Assembly: GCF_963921235.1 (NCBI RefSeq)
Contig: NC_086108.1
Coordinates: forward strand, 82,338,001-82,402,000
Direction: 5' to 3'
From: Mobula hypostoma
Lineage: Eukaryota
DNA length: 64,000 nt
The position numbers and the translations under genes were made by a program. Below, piece by piece: positions 27,223-41,229 of this stretch. The notes beneath the pieces were generated by a model that did not search any database, was not told the DNA's origin, and saw only the letters and a program-made list of their open reading frames with translations. Numbering within the stretch: position 1 is the first letter of the stretch; each line of letters starts with the position of its first letter.

Positions 27223-28276
27223 TGAGTATTTTAATGGTTTTGTTCTGTGTGCTACTAATACGCATGGCCACCACTCCCTCCCCAACCCATTCTCCCGAGC
27301 ACCCTCAATATTGCAACACTTCCATGCTGCTGCATCTCTGTGTGACCTTGCTGTGGTGGTATGTTGCTTGTCCAATCTAAAATGGTCAGGAGCAGGTTAT
27401 CAAAAGTGAGAGATTATGTATATATTATTAGATGTGAGTATGATGTTCACTTAAAATGAGAGATGGAATATAGGGACAGCAGAACAAGGAAATTAAAAAA
27501 CACAAAAAAGTGTAAAAGTTAAATAAACAGTAGATCATTGAACTGGAATGTTGTTTCTGTTTCACTTTCCACAGATGCTGCTTAAGTTGTTAAGTATTTC
27601 TGGCCTGCTTTACTATTTCCAACATCTCTACAATTACACTTTCATAGCAGGGAAAGTTAGCTTATTTTAGAAATCATTCTAGTTATATCCCTGAATTTGG
27701 TTTCTGCAGGAATTATAGAATTAGGTATTTGTTTTCCCTCCAGGTTGGGCAGAGTTAAGGGAAGTCAGCTGGGTCTTTTTTCCCCCCTCTGTTGATTATC
27801 CAGTATTATCAAATAGTAAGTGCTTGTGAGAACTTCTGGAGCTGAAGTTAGTATTTGGTATGCCATAATGCTTTGGCTTTTTCCATCCATCCATGCCCAC
27901 TCATTGTCCATTGCATCTTCTGTTGCCATCCTGATGGAAGCTCTGCCCTATTCTTGCCCCCGTCCCAACTCTACTTGTAGTTTTTATACTGTTGTCACTC
28001 CTGCTATTTAATTATATCCTACTCTCCACTTAAGTATGCTACAGATTGATTTATTTTCCTTTTCTGAATATGATTGTGTCCCCCACCCCCAGTTGTTTAC
28101 CCTCCAATCTCACCCACAAAATAACTTTGCCCCTTGTTCCTTGTTACGTGCATTTTCTTTGTATATCAATCCAGTTCCAGGCATAGGTCTACAGTCGATT
28201 CTCAATTTTTCTTCCATATCAACATATCAAGACAAAAATATTGCAAGAGAATTTATTGTTGAATTTTCTTTCTCAG

Positions 28277-28553
28277 TTCTGCCATTCTTGCTACAAAGCC
28301 TGGCGGATCGGTTGTGTACTCAACGTGTAGCTTGTCCCAGTTGCAAAATGAGCACGTGGTGGAGAGAGCAGTACAAGTGGCAGAGATTGAACATGGTATG
28401 GAGTTGCGTGTGGAGGACCTGAGTGATATTCGGACACTTTACAAAGAGACGTTTAATTTCTATGACCATTGTAGAGTTGGTGAGCTAGTTCTTCCATATC
28501 TTACTGCAAATTACGGGCCAATGTATTTCTGTAAACTGCACAAAATACATTAA
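28277..28553 (+). CDS. NSUN4: NSUN4 exon 6 (motif VI catalytic Cys, stop)
   Basis: tttctcag|T TCT GCC... encodes SAILATKPGGSVVYSTCSLSQLQNE...GELVLPYLTANYGPMYFCKLHKIH*. Spliced CDS is 1278 nt (425 aa plus stop). Confidence 0.96.
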
Positions 28554-29885
28554 AAGTGTGTATTTTTTTAACTCTTAGATGACTTATTGATTTCATTTTT
28601 TGTCTAGTAATGCAACTGGAATTTTGTTTGCTGTTTCCCTGTTCATGAGACTTATCGTTTGATTTTTTTTTTGCAAGTTAGTACTTTCCTCTTCACTGTA
28701 AAGGTTATTAGTTCAGAAAGTGAACATGTGAAATAATTCTGGGTAGAGCCAAGTTGCACCTCAGGACACAGGATGTTATCCATGGGCTTTCAAACAAATG
28801 GTGATGCAGGAGGCATCATTAAACAAGAAATTAAAAATGCATGTAGCAAAGGTGCTACAGTAAATGTTGGTCTTCAAGTCAGCTATGATACCTGGGGTAT
28901 GCATGGGATGTTTTTTTAAGACTAGTTTGTATGCTGGGTAGCTAACCTAGGAACAGACTACTCTTGATTGGGTATTTTGCAATGAGCAAGGGTTAGTTGA
29001 AAGTGAGAAGCGAAAGCAATTACTTACTAGTGATGAATGGCACTGAGAGCCAATAAATCCCAGGACCTGATCATTTGCATTACGAAAGTTGTAGCTATGA
29101 AAATAGCCATGATGACATTGACGACCTCTCTCTAATCCAGTGAACATATACCATAATGAGAAAGAAAGGAGCTGCATTTTAAGGCATCCTTTAAGATGTT
29201 CTGGGGAAGTACTACTTAATTGTAATTATTGTTGTAATTTAGTAAAGTGTAGCTATTGATTTGCAGATTCTTAGCTTTTACAAGTGACATGGCCAGATCT
29301 GCCATTTTAATTACTAATAATTGAGTAATCAATGTTGTTCAGGGCACCAATTGAACTTCCTATCTTGAAATATGCAACGGTCCTTGTGTCCAACATGGGA
29401 GCTCAGTGCAATGCTGTCTTAAGGCTGACAATTTTTAGAATCAGAAATTTCATACATTTCCCTGAGTCCACCTGAACTTTGGTGATAAAAATCCAGTCAT
29501 CTTTGTGAAATAAAGCACATCCTTAATCTGCTGTGAAGGTACAACACTCTTACCCGTATCTGGTGAGATGAAACTTGGCGGGCCTGAAGTTTAGAGAACC
29601 CTATACATTGCTGTAATTTTACCAAGAAACTACTCAACTTATAATTACAGTAAGCCTATGAGCAACTGTTACTATCAGTTATAGTTAGTCACATGAACAG
29701 AAATGAATTTAACATTAAAAAAAATACAGTATACTTTTTATGTTTACAAATAATTTTGTAATATCTATGACCCATGATGTATGTAAGGTGCTGAAATGTA
29801 AGGTCTCTCATACAACCAAATATTTTACTTGCTTGAATAGTAGGTCCTGTGGCAGATTATTAAAGGCAGACATTGGGAGGTAAAT

Positions 29886-31134
29886 TTTTTTGACGATGTA
29901 ACTAGTAGAGTGGATAGGGGAGAAGCAGTGGATGTGGTATATTTGGATTTTCAAAAGGCTTTTGACAAGGTCCCACACAGGAGACTAGTGTGCAAACTTA
30001 AAGCACACGGTATTGGCGGTAAGGTATTGATGTGGATAGAGAATTGGTTGGCAGACAGGAAGCAAAGAGTGGGAATAAATGGGACCTTTTCAGAATGGCA
30101 GGCAGTGACTAGTGGGGTACCGCAAGGCTCAGTGCTGGGACCCCAGTTGTTTACAATATATATTAATGACTTAGACGAGGGAATTAAATGCAGCATCTCC
30201 AAGTTTGCGGATGACACGAAGCTGGGTGGCAGTGTTAGCTGTGAGGAGGATGCTAAGAGGATGAAGGGTGACTTGGATAGGTTGGGTGAGTGGGCAAATT
30301 CATGGCAGATGCAATTTAATATGGATAAATGTGAGATTATCCACTTTGGTGGCAAAAACAGGAAAACAGATTATTATTTGAATGGTGGCCGATTAGGAAA
30401 AGGGGAGATGCAACGAGACCTGGGTGTCATTATACACCAGTCATTGAAGGTGGGCATGCAGGTACAGCAGGCGGTGAAAAAGGCGAATGGTATGCTGGCA
30501 TTCATAGCAAGAGGATTTGAGTACAGGAGCAGGGAGGTTCTACTGTAGTTGTACAAGGCCTTGGTGAGACCACACCTGGAGTATTGTGTGCAGTTTTGGT
30601 CCCCTAATCTGAGGAAAGACATCCTTGCCATAGAGGGAGTACAAAGAAGGTTCACCAGATTGATTCCTGGGATGGCAGGACTTTCATATGATGGAAGACT
30701 GGATCGACTAGGCTTATACTCGTTGGAATTTAGAAGGTCAAGAGCGGATCTTATTGAAATGTATAAAATCCTAAAGGGATTGGACAGGCTAGATGCAGGA
30801 AGACTGTTCCCGGGGAAGTCCAGAACGAGGGGTCACAGTTTCAGGATAAAGGGGAAGCCTTTTGGGACCGAGATTAGGAAAAACTTCTTCACACAGAGAG
30901 TGGTGAATCTGTGGAATTCTGTGCCACAGGAAACAGTTGAGGCCAATTCATTGGCTATATTTAAGAGGGAGTTAGATATGGCCCTTGTGGCTAAAGGGAT
31001 CGGGGGTATGGAGAGAAGGCTAGTACAGGGTTCTGAATTGGATGATCAGCCATGATCATACTGAATGGCGGTGCAGGCTCGAAGGGCCGAATGGCCTACT
31101 CCTGCACCTATTTTCTATGTTTCTATGTTTCTAT
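29886..31134 (+). mobile_element. CR1 3' part, relatively young
   Basis: Near-intact RT from [13 protein letters not shown] through FADDTK to RPHLEYCVQFW, with one in-frame stop at 30546. Tail (ttctatgt)n. Confidence 0.95.
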
Positions 31135-31639
31135 CACAAAAGGAATGGCTTTTTGATAGAGTACATCACTTAACTATTTTCCAAGTTTAGATCTCCCCTA
31201 TTAGTAAATGAACCTAGTAAAAACACACTCCTTTCTGATTGTTCCAAGATACACTGCTTTCAGCGGCTGTGAAAGAAGAATCCTATAACAGAACGATAGT
31301 CAGTCATCATGGTACAATTTACTTAGAAACAGCCGCTAAACACGGCCACTTATTTGTGTTAGTGGTTTTACAGTACCAAGGCAACAAGGTTATATCACGT
31401 GTTTTATCTATTCATTTTATGGGACCTGGCTACCCCTGACATTTACTGCCATTCCCATTGATTTGACTTGAGAGGTGTTGGTGAACATTGAAACTGCTGC
31501 AGACCTTCCTGTGAAGGTGCTCCCCACGACACTGCTGGGTTAGAAGTTCCAGGGTTTACAACGAAGGACTAACAGTACATTCCACATCAGGAGGAACCTG
31601 CATGTGGTGGTGATTCTTTAACATCTTTTCCAGTGCACA

Positions 31640-32537
31640 AGTGTAAAGGAGAATATAATAATTGTTACTCTGGATCAGAGGCTGCACAAAAAAACACAGC
31701 AAAATGCGGAGATGATGGTTATTTGAAGCATGTGGGGGACAGCAGTCTGGATGAGTGATGTCTGTGAAGACGTCAGTCAGCACACTGCCTGTGTACTTGG
31801 CCTGGGATGCTGTCTGGCCTGTCTACTTTGCGGGGGTGGACTCCCTACAGAGACCTCATGTCTGCTGCTGTTACTGACAGTGATTGCTTACCTGGGAGAG
31901 GGGTAGCTTTGTGGGCCGGCATTGTTGCATGCCTCAAAGTCTGCATAGAACTTATCAGAGTGTCAGGGAGGGAAGCATCACTGGTACAGTCGATGTTGGT
32001 TTTTCCTTGCATCGTCAGTAACGCCCTTGATGCCCAGCCGCATACACCGAGGAGTGTTGTCGAACAGGTGTTTTTTGAGCTTTGGTGGTCTTTGCCCTCT
32101 TAATGCCCAAGGTGAGGTTTCTCTTGGATGTTCTGAGAGCTGTTCTGTCACCAGACTTGAAGGTCGAGTCCCAGGCGTTTAGTAAGGAGTGCACCTCAGC
32201 CTTCAGCCAGGGCTACTAGTTGGGCTGTGAGATGCCCATTCTTGAGGTACCAATGTCGTCTACACACTTACTGAAGGACCCAATGACAGATGAGGCATAT
32301 TCCTCGAGGTCTGTGTCTTCTCCGTTTGTGACAGCCTCCTTGAACATCTGCCAGTTAGTCCATTCAAAACAACCCAGAACCATAGAGATTGCCTCATTAG
32401 GCCATATGATGATGACTTTCTTGACAGGTTTCTCCATTTTCCGCAGCAGTCAGTTTGCTGGTATTAACATTATGGATTTGTGGTCAGAGAAGCCAAGTTG
32501 AGGGATTGAGATGGCTTTGTACGTACCACGTCTGTTC

Positions 32538-32579
<42 letters not shown>

Positions 32580-32860
32580 GAGCCTGTTTGTTCCCCTAGT
32601 GGCCATGGTGAAATGTTGGTGGGATTTGGATAAGATGTCCTGCAGGTTAATATAATTAAAGTCTCCTGCAATTATGAAGAGACTGTCCAGATGCTTGCTT
32701 TGTAGAGAACTGATGATACTGTTAAGCTCTCCCAGTACATCCTTGGCATTCACACTTGGAGGGGAGGAGACAGCGGTCATGAACACAACCGTAAGCTCCC
32801 TGAGCAAGTAATGTGGTATCATTTAATGGTAAGATGTTCAATTGCCCCAGAACAGTAACT
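31640..32860 (-). mobile_element. Rex1/Babar-type LINE remnant (endonuclease region)
   Basis: Minus peptides HYLLRELTVVFMTAV..PPS..FIIAGDFN, GFSDHKSIMLIP and CFEWTNWQMFKEA. Confidence 0.7.
32543..32576. repeat. (TA)n microsatellite
   Basis: About 17 TA units. Confidence 0.95.
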
Positions 32861-33152
32861 GCTACCACACTTGTCTTCTGGATGGTAGAGATTGTAGATG
32901 TTTGAAGATATTGTTGGAGTAAACTTAGGTAAATAACTAAACAGTAGATGATTCATCACCTTGATACCACACTCTATTATCAGATTGATTCATGACTTTC
33001 AGTTCTGCATCAGTAAATGAAGGAATCATGTTTAAGGTGGCAGAGTAGTTCCAATAAACTAGGCAGCTCTGTCATGCAAGTTTCTTCAGATATTTTGGAG
33101 ATGCAGTTATCATGGGTTTTGGAGAATCTTCCTTGATAGTCCTGACTTGTAA

Positions 33153-33878
33153 AGGCTGATTTATACTTGTGCATACTAGCTTACGCCGCAGCCTACGCAA
33201 GTGGGCTACGCCGTTGTGAGCGTTTATACTGTGCGTTGGTGTATCTGCGTCTCTGCAGTTCACCGCCAAAGCGCTAGTTGGCGGTGGGGTTTCTATGCCA
33301 CTGTGTTGAGTTTCTTCGTGTTGAAACTCAACACGAAGAAACTCAAACTTCAAACAATGGCGACTGAAACTGAAGGAGGGTGAATTTTCTGTGCTTGTCC
33401 GGCCACTGAGAGACATGGACGAGGAAATGCATTTTAAATATTTTCAGATGTCGGCAGGTAGATTTGACGATTTGGTTCATCGTCTCCAACCATTTATTTT
33501 GCATCAGTGTACGCACAGTATACTTAGAGACTGGCGATCACCATTCGAGTTTTAGCTTCAGGTGGAAGTCAACAGGCTGTGGCAACTGGCTGCAAACCGG
33601 CATCAAGCACAGGGTCCTCCGTAATTTCGGAGGTCTGTAAAGCTTTATGGAAAGCATTGCAGCCAGAGTTCCTTCCCTGCCCTTCAGTCGCCCAGTGGGA
33701 AGCTATTGCAGTGTAGGAGGAAATGCGATGCTACCAAGCGGACCAATCACAGTTGTTCAGTCTGCATCGCCGCGAAGTTACATTTTGGGAGAGGTGTGCG
33801 TTAGGCTACGGCGTAGGGTTCGGCGTAGAGTACAGCGTAGGTACGTGGCTACACCGACGCACAAGTATAAATCAGCCT
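33153..33878 (+). mobile_element. PIF/Harbinger non-autonomous DNA transposon (deletion derivative)
   Basis: Perfect 20-bp TIRs AGGCTGATTTATACTTGTGC / GCACAAGTATAAATCAGCCT with a TAA TSD on both sides. Internal transposase remnant [29 protein letters not shown] and [14 protein letters not shown]...[10 protein letters not shown]. Confidence 0.92.
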
Positions 33879-35809
33879 TAACATTGATGGTGGGAAGGTG
33901 TAGGGGTGTCAGGAACTGAATATCAAAAACTAAGCAGGATATTGTTAACACACGAAAGTCTGTAGATGCTGAAAATCCAAATGCACAACGCTGGAGGAAC
34001 TTTAGCGGGTTAGCATCCATGGAAATGAATAGATAGCCGACATTTTGGGCTGAGACCCTTGAGACCGTCACCTTCCAGTTGTTCTGTTTTTTGTAAATAG
34101 GATATATGTGGCAACTTTCTACATTGCCCGGTTGATGCCTGTGTTTTAACAGTATTGGAACAACCTAGCAAGAGACACTGCTAGCTTTGAAGGAAAGGAT
34201 TTCAAGATTAGAATGCTGTGTGATCCCTTATTCTTTGCTGCATCCAGTCCTCTCACCATTTAATGATACCAGATAGAGTGAATCAGATTGGCTGGAGATT
34301 GGTGGTGGGCTTTCAAGAGGAAGCCAATGTGAGGGACGTGTTTGGCAGTTCTGGCTGTATGTGGTCATATAAAAATAAAGCACAAAAGAACATGATGAGG
34401 AATAGTGTGTGTCAATCTAATTATGTTGAGATGCCAGCAAGAAAAGAGGCAGAGCCATAGCATTTAATGGTAAATGATTCATTGTTTGTAAGTGCTATCC
34501 CAGATGTGTCTTCAGTTCAGACCGGCAATTCTTGCTCTAGCTGCGACATTCAAGACTGGATCAGAATTGAGCCTTGAGTATAATCAAACATTTCAAAGGA
34601 AGAAAGGATAGTAATTCCTACTCCCTACCTGTTTCAATGCAAGAAGCAACACAGGAGCATTTTACCTCATCCAACAGTTAGCACAAACAGTGCCACATTT
34701 TAGATACCAATCTGTTGGAAGTTTGGAACATTGGTGTTTGAAGCTGTCAGGTTCTAGAATGCAATTAAAAATACAAAAAGCTGAGACAGTGTCGGTTTAG
34801 ATTGTTTGAAATAATACAACTGGTGATAAGTAATCTAAAGAGAGAAGACAGAAGCAGCAGAAATGGTACGAGGCAAATCCAGAAAGTAACAAGAACTAAC
34901 GTGGTACGAAGGAGCAACCCGTAGAACAAGTGACCCAAGATCAAAAGAAATCGGGTAACAAAAACTTTGAAAATTTTGACCCAAAATACAATCAAGATAG
35001 AGGTGAGCTACTAAATCTCACAAGAAAAAACAACATTTGGATTTACTCATAAAAATTAGCAATATATGAAGGTAAGTAAAAAGGACACAATTAATACAGC
35101 TATCTAAACAAAATACCTGGGGAATTAATGTAGTTGGTAAAATTGTGGCCTCACAAATTCTGAATGATTTTGTCAGACAATGTGTATCCATTTATTTAAT
35201 TTTACTTTTGTTATTTGGTGAAGGTGGGTGGCAGAGAAGTTCAGTTCTTTCTGGAAAGAGTGGCAAGCAAAACTTGCATATCTTCAGGACATCCCAAAGT
35301 CCTTCATAACATTTACTTGTTACTAGAAGAAATACTGTGGATATTTTGTAATGAGCATCATTTTGCAGATGGAAAATATGTGGAATAGTCAATGAATCCA
35401 GTTTTTGTGATTCATTCATTTATGCCCAAGGCACTGGAATTATCCTCTAATTCTTCTTTCACTTCTACCTTCGAGTATTTGTGCACTTTGACATGAGAAA
35501 ATTCTACTTATTGAGATATTACATTTGACAATAATGCAGTCCCTCAGGCAGCAAAGAGGCTGTTGAGATCTGGTTTTAATCCTTATAATTTGCAATGATC
35601 TTGAACCCCAGACATCTGAGATGGAAATCTTCCAGTTGACAAGCCACCTAAATTGTTGATAATATTTCTATATATATATAAATTAGGTGCAAATTCAAGC
35701 ATATGATAAGTAGGAATCAGAAATGCTTGAATACAAAAATATATTTAATACATACAGATATCTGTCATTATTAGTAACATTAATATTTGAGGGTTATAAT
35801 TTAAGCAAA

Positions 35810-37137
35810 TGAAGGAAACCTTAAAAGCAAAATTGTTTGGATCATTAGGAGCTCTTCTGGGGAAGGTGTGAGATACACAAAAAGCATGGGTTACATCTGG
35901 ACCTGAGGGGGACCACTATCCTCGTGGGCAGGTTTGCTAGATCTGTTAGGGAGAGTTTAATCTAAGTTGGCAGGAGGATGGAAATCGGAGTGATCTGACT
36001 GAGGTTGGGACAGTTGGCATACAAGTCAACGTAGTGTGTTGTGAGCCTGTGAGGATGGACAGGCAGAGTTAAGAAACTGGAAGAGTAAAGATGCCAGGAC
36101 AGGAGTTGAACAGTAGCTAGGATGTGGGATATAAGTCTCAATGGGAAATAGAAAAGGCATGCAATAAGGGCAATGTTACCTTAATCATGGGGGATTTCAA
36201 TGTGCGGGTAGATTCGGAAAATCAGGGTGATGCTGGATCCCATTGGGGGAATTTTTAGAATGCCTATGAGATGGCTCTTTCGAGCAGATTGTGGTTCATC
36301 CCACTAGGGGATAGGCAATTCTGGATTTGGTGTTGTGTGATGAACCACATTTGAGTAGGAAAATTAAGGTAAAGGAACCCTTAGGAAGCAGTGATCATAA
36401 TGTGATAGAGTTCACCATACAGTTTGAGAAGGAGAAGATAATGTCAGATGTATCTTAATTACAATGGAGTAAAGGGAATTACAGAGGCATGAGAGAGGAG
36501 CTGGCCAAAGGTGATAGGAAGGCAACAATAGCAGCAGTGACTGGAGTTTTTAGGGGCAATTCAGAAGGCACAGGATAGATACACCTCAAAGATGAAGTAT
36601 TCTAAAAGGAGGAGGAAGCAATCATGGGTGACAAGGGAAGTAGGAAGACAGCATAAAAGCAAAAGAGAGAGGCATTTAGTATAGCAAAAATTTGTGGTAA
36701 GTTAGAGGATTGGGAAGCTTTCAAGTACCAACAGAAGGCAACTAAAAAAAAACACAAGGAGATAAGAAATGAAACACGATGAGGATACTGAAAGCTTTTT
36801 CAGATACCGTATATAAAGACAGGTGAGCGTGGATATTGGTCCAATGGAAAAAGACGCTGGAGAAGTGGTAATGGGGGACAAAGTATTGGCAGACGTACTT
36901 TGTGTCAGTCTTCACTGTGGAAGACACGAGCAGTATGCCAGAAATTCAACAGTGACGGAGGAGGGCAGATGTGAGTGTAGTTGCTATTACTAAGGAGAAG
37001 GTGCTTGGGAAGCTGAAAAGTCTAAAGGTAGATAAGTCACCTGGGACAGACGGACTACACCCTGGAGTTCCAGAGGTAGCTGAAGAGATTTTGGAGGCAG
37101 TAATAATGATCTTTCAAGTATCACTAGATTCTGGAAC
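35810..37137 (+). mobile_element. CR1 5' portion (continues at 56275 and 58813)
   Basis: Contains GDFN, SDHN and LKVDKSPGTDGLHP...IFQVSLDSG. The next expected residues MVLEDWKIANVTPLFK appear at 56278. Confidence 0.8.
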
Positions 37138-37373
37138 TGTACTCCCTTGCTGAGATGTGGTAACATCAACTAGCCAGTCAGCCAAACTCCATTCAAAAAT
37201 GAGAGTCAGGATATAGCCTCCCAGCTTTTTGGTTTTATTGCAGACTCAATGGCATCATATAGTGAGTAAGGAGTAAAACTGAGAAACAAAATACAGTGCA
37301 GTTATCACGTTGTTCCATTCACACAAGTAAACATACACAGGTAAGTCAGAACTTAGTTAAGTTTCCTGCAGGT
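37138..37373 (-). mobile_element. Partial LTR copy (putative 3' LTR end)
   Basis: Starts TGTAC. Direct repeat of 42953-43203. AATAAA on minus at 37234-37239. Confidence 0.6.
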
Positions 37374-40300
37374 CATAGAGTCATAGAGAAGTACAGTTGA
37401 GAAACAGGACCTTCGGCCCATCTAGTCCATGCTGAAAACAAACTGCCTACTCCCATCAAACTGCACCAGGACCACAGCCCTCCATACCCCTACCATCCAT
37501 GTACCTATCCAAACTTCTCATAAATGTTGAAATAGATCTCGCATGCACCACTTGTGCTGGCAGCTCATTCCATACTCTCACAGCTTTCTGTGTGAAGAAG
37601 TTTCACCTCATGTTCCCCTTAAACTTTACAACTTTCAACCTTAACCCGTAGCCTCTGGTTGAGTCCCACCCAACCTCAGTGGAAAAAACCTGCTTACATT
37701 TAACCTATCTATACCCCTCATAATTTAATATACATCTATCAAATCTCCTCTCAATCTTATATATGCAAAAGAATAAAGTCCAAACCTATTCAATCTTTTC
37801 CTATATCTCAGGTCCTCCAGACCTAGCCATATCCCTGTAAAATTTTCTCTGTTATCTTTCAATCTTATTTACATCTTTACTGTAGGTAGGTGACCAGAAC
37901 TGCACACAATACTACAAATTAGACCTCACCAACGTCTTATGCAACTTCAACATTACATCCCATCTCTTGTGTGTGTGTGTGTATGTATATATATATATAT
38001 ATTTATGAAGGCCAATGTGCCAAAAGTTTTCTTTATGACCCTATTTACCAGAAACTTTCAATGAATTATGGTCCTGTATTCCCAGACCCCTTTGTTTTAC
38101 CACACTCCTCAGTGCCTTACTGTTCACTGTGTAAGACCCACCCTGGTTGGTTTTACCAAAGTGCAACACCTTGCACTTGTCTGTATTAAATTTCATCTGT
38201 CATTTTTCAGCCCTTTTTTTTCCAGCTGATCCAGATCCCTCTGCAAGCCATAATAGCCTTCTCCGCTGTCCACTACACACCAAAATCTTGGTGTCATCAG
38301 CAAATTTGCTGACCCAGTTAACCACATTATCATCAAGACCATTGATGTAGTTGACAAACAACAGACCCAGCACTGATCTCTGTGGCACTCCACTAGTCAC
38401 GGGCCTCCAGTGAGAAAGGCCACCATCTACTACCACTCTCTGGCTTCTCCCACAAAGCCAATATCTAATCCAATTTACTACCTTATCTTGATTGCTAAGC
38501 GACTCAATCTTCTTGACCATCCTCCCATGTGGGACCTTGTCAAATGCCTCACTAAAGTCCATATAGACAACATCCAATTTTCTGGTAATTTCCTCAAAAA
38601 ATTCGTTAAGACATGACCTACCATACACAAAGCCATGCTGACTATCCTTAATCAGTCCATGTCTATCAAAATACTTACACATCTGGTCACTTAGGGTACC
38701 TTTCAAAAATTTTCCCACAACATACAGTATATCAGACTCACTGGCCTATAATTTCTTGGTTTACCTTTAGATCTTTCTTGAACAATGAAACAACATTGGC
38801 TATCCTCCAGTCCTCTGGTAACTCTCCTGTCACTAAAGATATTTTAATATCTCTGCCTGGGCCCCAGCAATTTGTGCACTTGCTTCCAGTAGGATCCGAA
38901 GGAGCACTATGTCAGGCCCTGGGGATTTATCCACCCTAATTTGCCTCGAGTTAGCAAATACCTCCTCCTCTGTAATCTGTACAGGGTCGAGGAAGTTGAT
39001 GCCGCTTTGCCTCACTTCTGTACACTCTGAGCAAGTACAGATGCAAACAAATTATTTAAGATCTCCCCCAAATGTTTTGGTTCCCCTCATGAATTACCAG
39101 TCTGGTCTTACAGAAGATCTTGTCTCTTGCAATTCTTTTGCTCTCAACATATCTGTAGAATCCCTTGGGATTCTCTTTCATTTTGTCTGCTAGGGCAGCC
39201 TCATGCCCTCTTCTAGCTCTCCTGATTTCCTCCTTAAGTGTCTCTTGTATTTCTTATACTCCATAAGCATCTCATTTGTTCCTACCTGCCTATACCAGCT
39301 ATGCACTTCTTTTTTCTCTTAACCAGGGCTGCAATATCTCTTGAAGACCAAGATTCCCTACAATTGTTATCTTTACCTTTTATTCTGACAGGCACATACA
39401 AGTTTTGTACCCTCAAAATTTTACCTTTGAAGACCTTCCACTTACCAAGTACACCTTTGCCAAAAAACAGCCTGCCCCAATCCACACTTGCCAGATAATT
39501 TCTGTTACCATCAAAATCGGCCTTTCTCCAATGTAGAATCCCAACCTGTGGACCAGACCTATCTTTTTTGCATACTTACTATGAAATTAATGGCATTGTG
39601 GTCACTCAATGCAAAATTTTCGCCTACACAATCTTCTGTCACCTGCCTTGTCTCATTCCCTAATAGCAGATCAAGTACTGCACAGTCCCTCATTGGGACT
39701 TGTACGTACTGATTAAGGAAACTTTCCTGATCACATTTGACAAACTCCATCCCATCTAGTCCTTTTACAGTATGGGATTCCCAATGAATATGTGGAAAGT
39801 TAAAACCACCTACTATAACAACCTTGTGTTTCATGCAACAGTCTGATCTCTCTACAAATTTGTTCCTCTAAACCCCTCAGACTGTTGGGTGGTCTGTAAT
39901 ATAGCATGATTAACATGGTCAAATCTTTCTTATTTCTCATTTCCAACCATAACACCTCACTAGATAAGTTCTCCAGTCTGTCCGAATGGAGTACTGCTGC
40001 AACTAGTAACGCCACCCCTCTTTCTTTAATCCCCCCCACTCTGTCATGTCTAAAACAATGCAACCCCAGAATATTGAGCTGCCCTTCCTGCAACCAAGTC
40101 TCACTAATGGCTACAATAATTCTAGGTGTCCCTGAGCCCAACTGCCTTTCCTACTTTCATTGAAATATATGTAGCTAAGGATACTTGTAGCACCATGCTC
40201 AACCTTTTCTTACCTGACTTTGAGGTCTTACCAACAACATCAGTCTCCTCAACCTCACCACCATCTGTTCTGGTATTCTGGTTCCCATCTCCTTGCAACT

Positions 40301-41200
40301 CTAGTTTAAACCCCACCGTGCAGCATTAGCAAACCTTCCCGAGGGGATATTGGTCCCCGTCCAGTTCAGGTGCAAACCATCTCTTCTGTACCCACATTCC
40401 CTGGAAGAGAACTCAATGATCCTAAAATCTTATGCCCTCCCTCCTACATCAACTCCTTAGCCACGTGTTAATCTTCCTATTTCTTTCCTCACTAGCATGT
40501 GGCATGTAGCAATCCTGAAATTATAACCCTTGAGGTCCTGCCCTTTAACTCTATGAACTCCCTTTGCAGAACCTCATCACTCGCCCTACCCATGTCATCA
40601 GTACCTACGTGGACTGGGACCTCTGGCTGTTCACCCACCTACTTAAGAACGCTGAGGACTTGATCTGAGTTGTTCTGGACCCTGGCACCTGGGAGGCAAC
40701 ACACCATCCAGGAATCTCATTCTCTCCCACAGAACCTCCTTTCTGTTCCCCTGACTAACAAATCAACACAGCTCACCTTTTATTTCTCCCCCCCACCCCG
40801 CCTCCCTTCTGAGTCACATAGTGCCAGGGGCCCAATTGCTCCGACTTCCCTCTGGTAGGTCAACCCCCGCATCCCCCACCCAACAGTATCCAAAGTGACA
40901 TACCTGTTGCTGAGGGGGATGGCCACAGGGGTTCTCTGCAATGGCTCTTTAATCCCTTTCTCCTTCCTGACTGTCCCCCAGTTTCCTGTGTCCTGCACGC
41001 TGGGTGTAACTACCTCTCTGTGTCCTATCTATCACCACATTAGCCTCCAGAGATCATCCAGTTCCAGCTGGATTAAAGTGGAGTGTTAGAAGCTGCAGCT
41101 GGGTGCACGTCCCGCAGGTGTAGTCGCCACGGACGCTGCAGGTCTCTCACATTCCACAAGAGGAGCATTTCACTACCCTGCCTGGCATCGCTACTGTTCT
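37374..41200 (-). mobile_element. Near full-length degraded CR1 (ORF1 remnant, endonuclease, RT, tail)
   Basis: Peptides AISETWLQ, YYRPPNS, GFNFPHIHW, SDHNAI, DKSPGPD, AFDKVPH and KFADDTK. ORF1-like PVAIPLSNRYVTLDTV. Tail catagagtcatag. Confidence 0.9.
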
Positions 41201-41229
41201 AACTGCGTCAATGCAAAGAAAGGGGGTTG

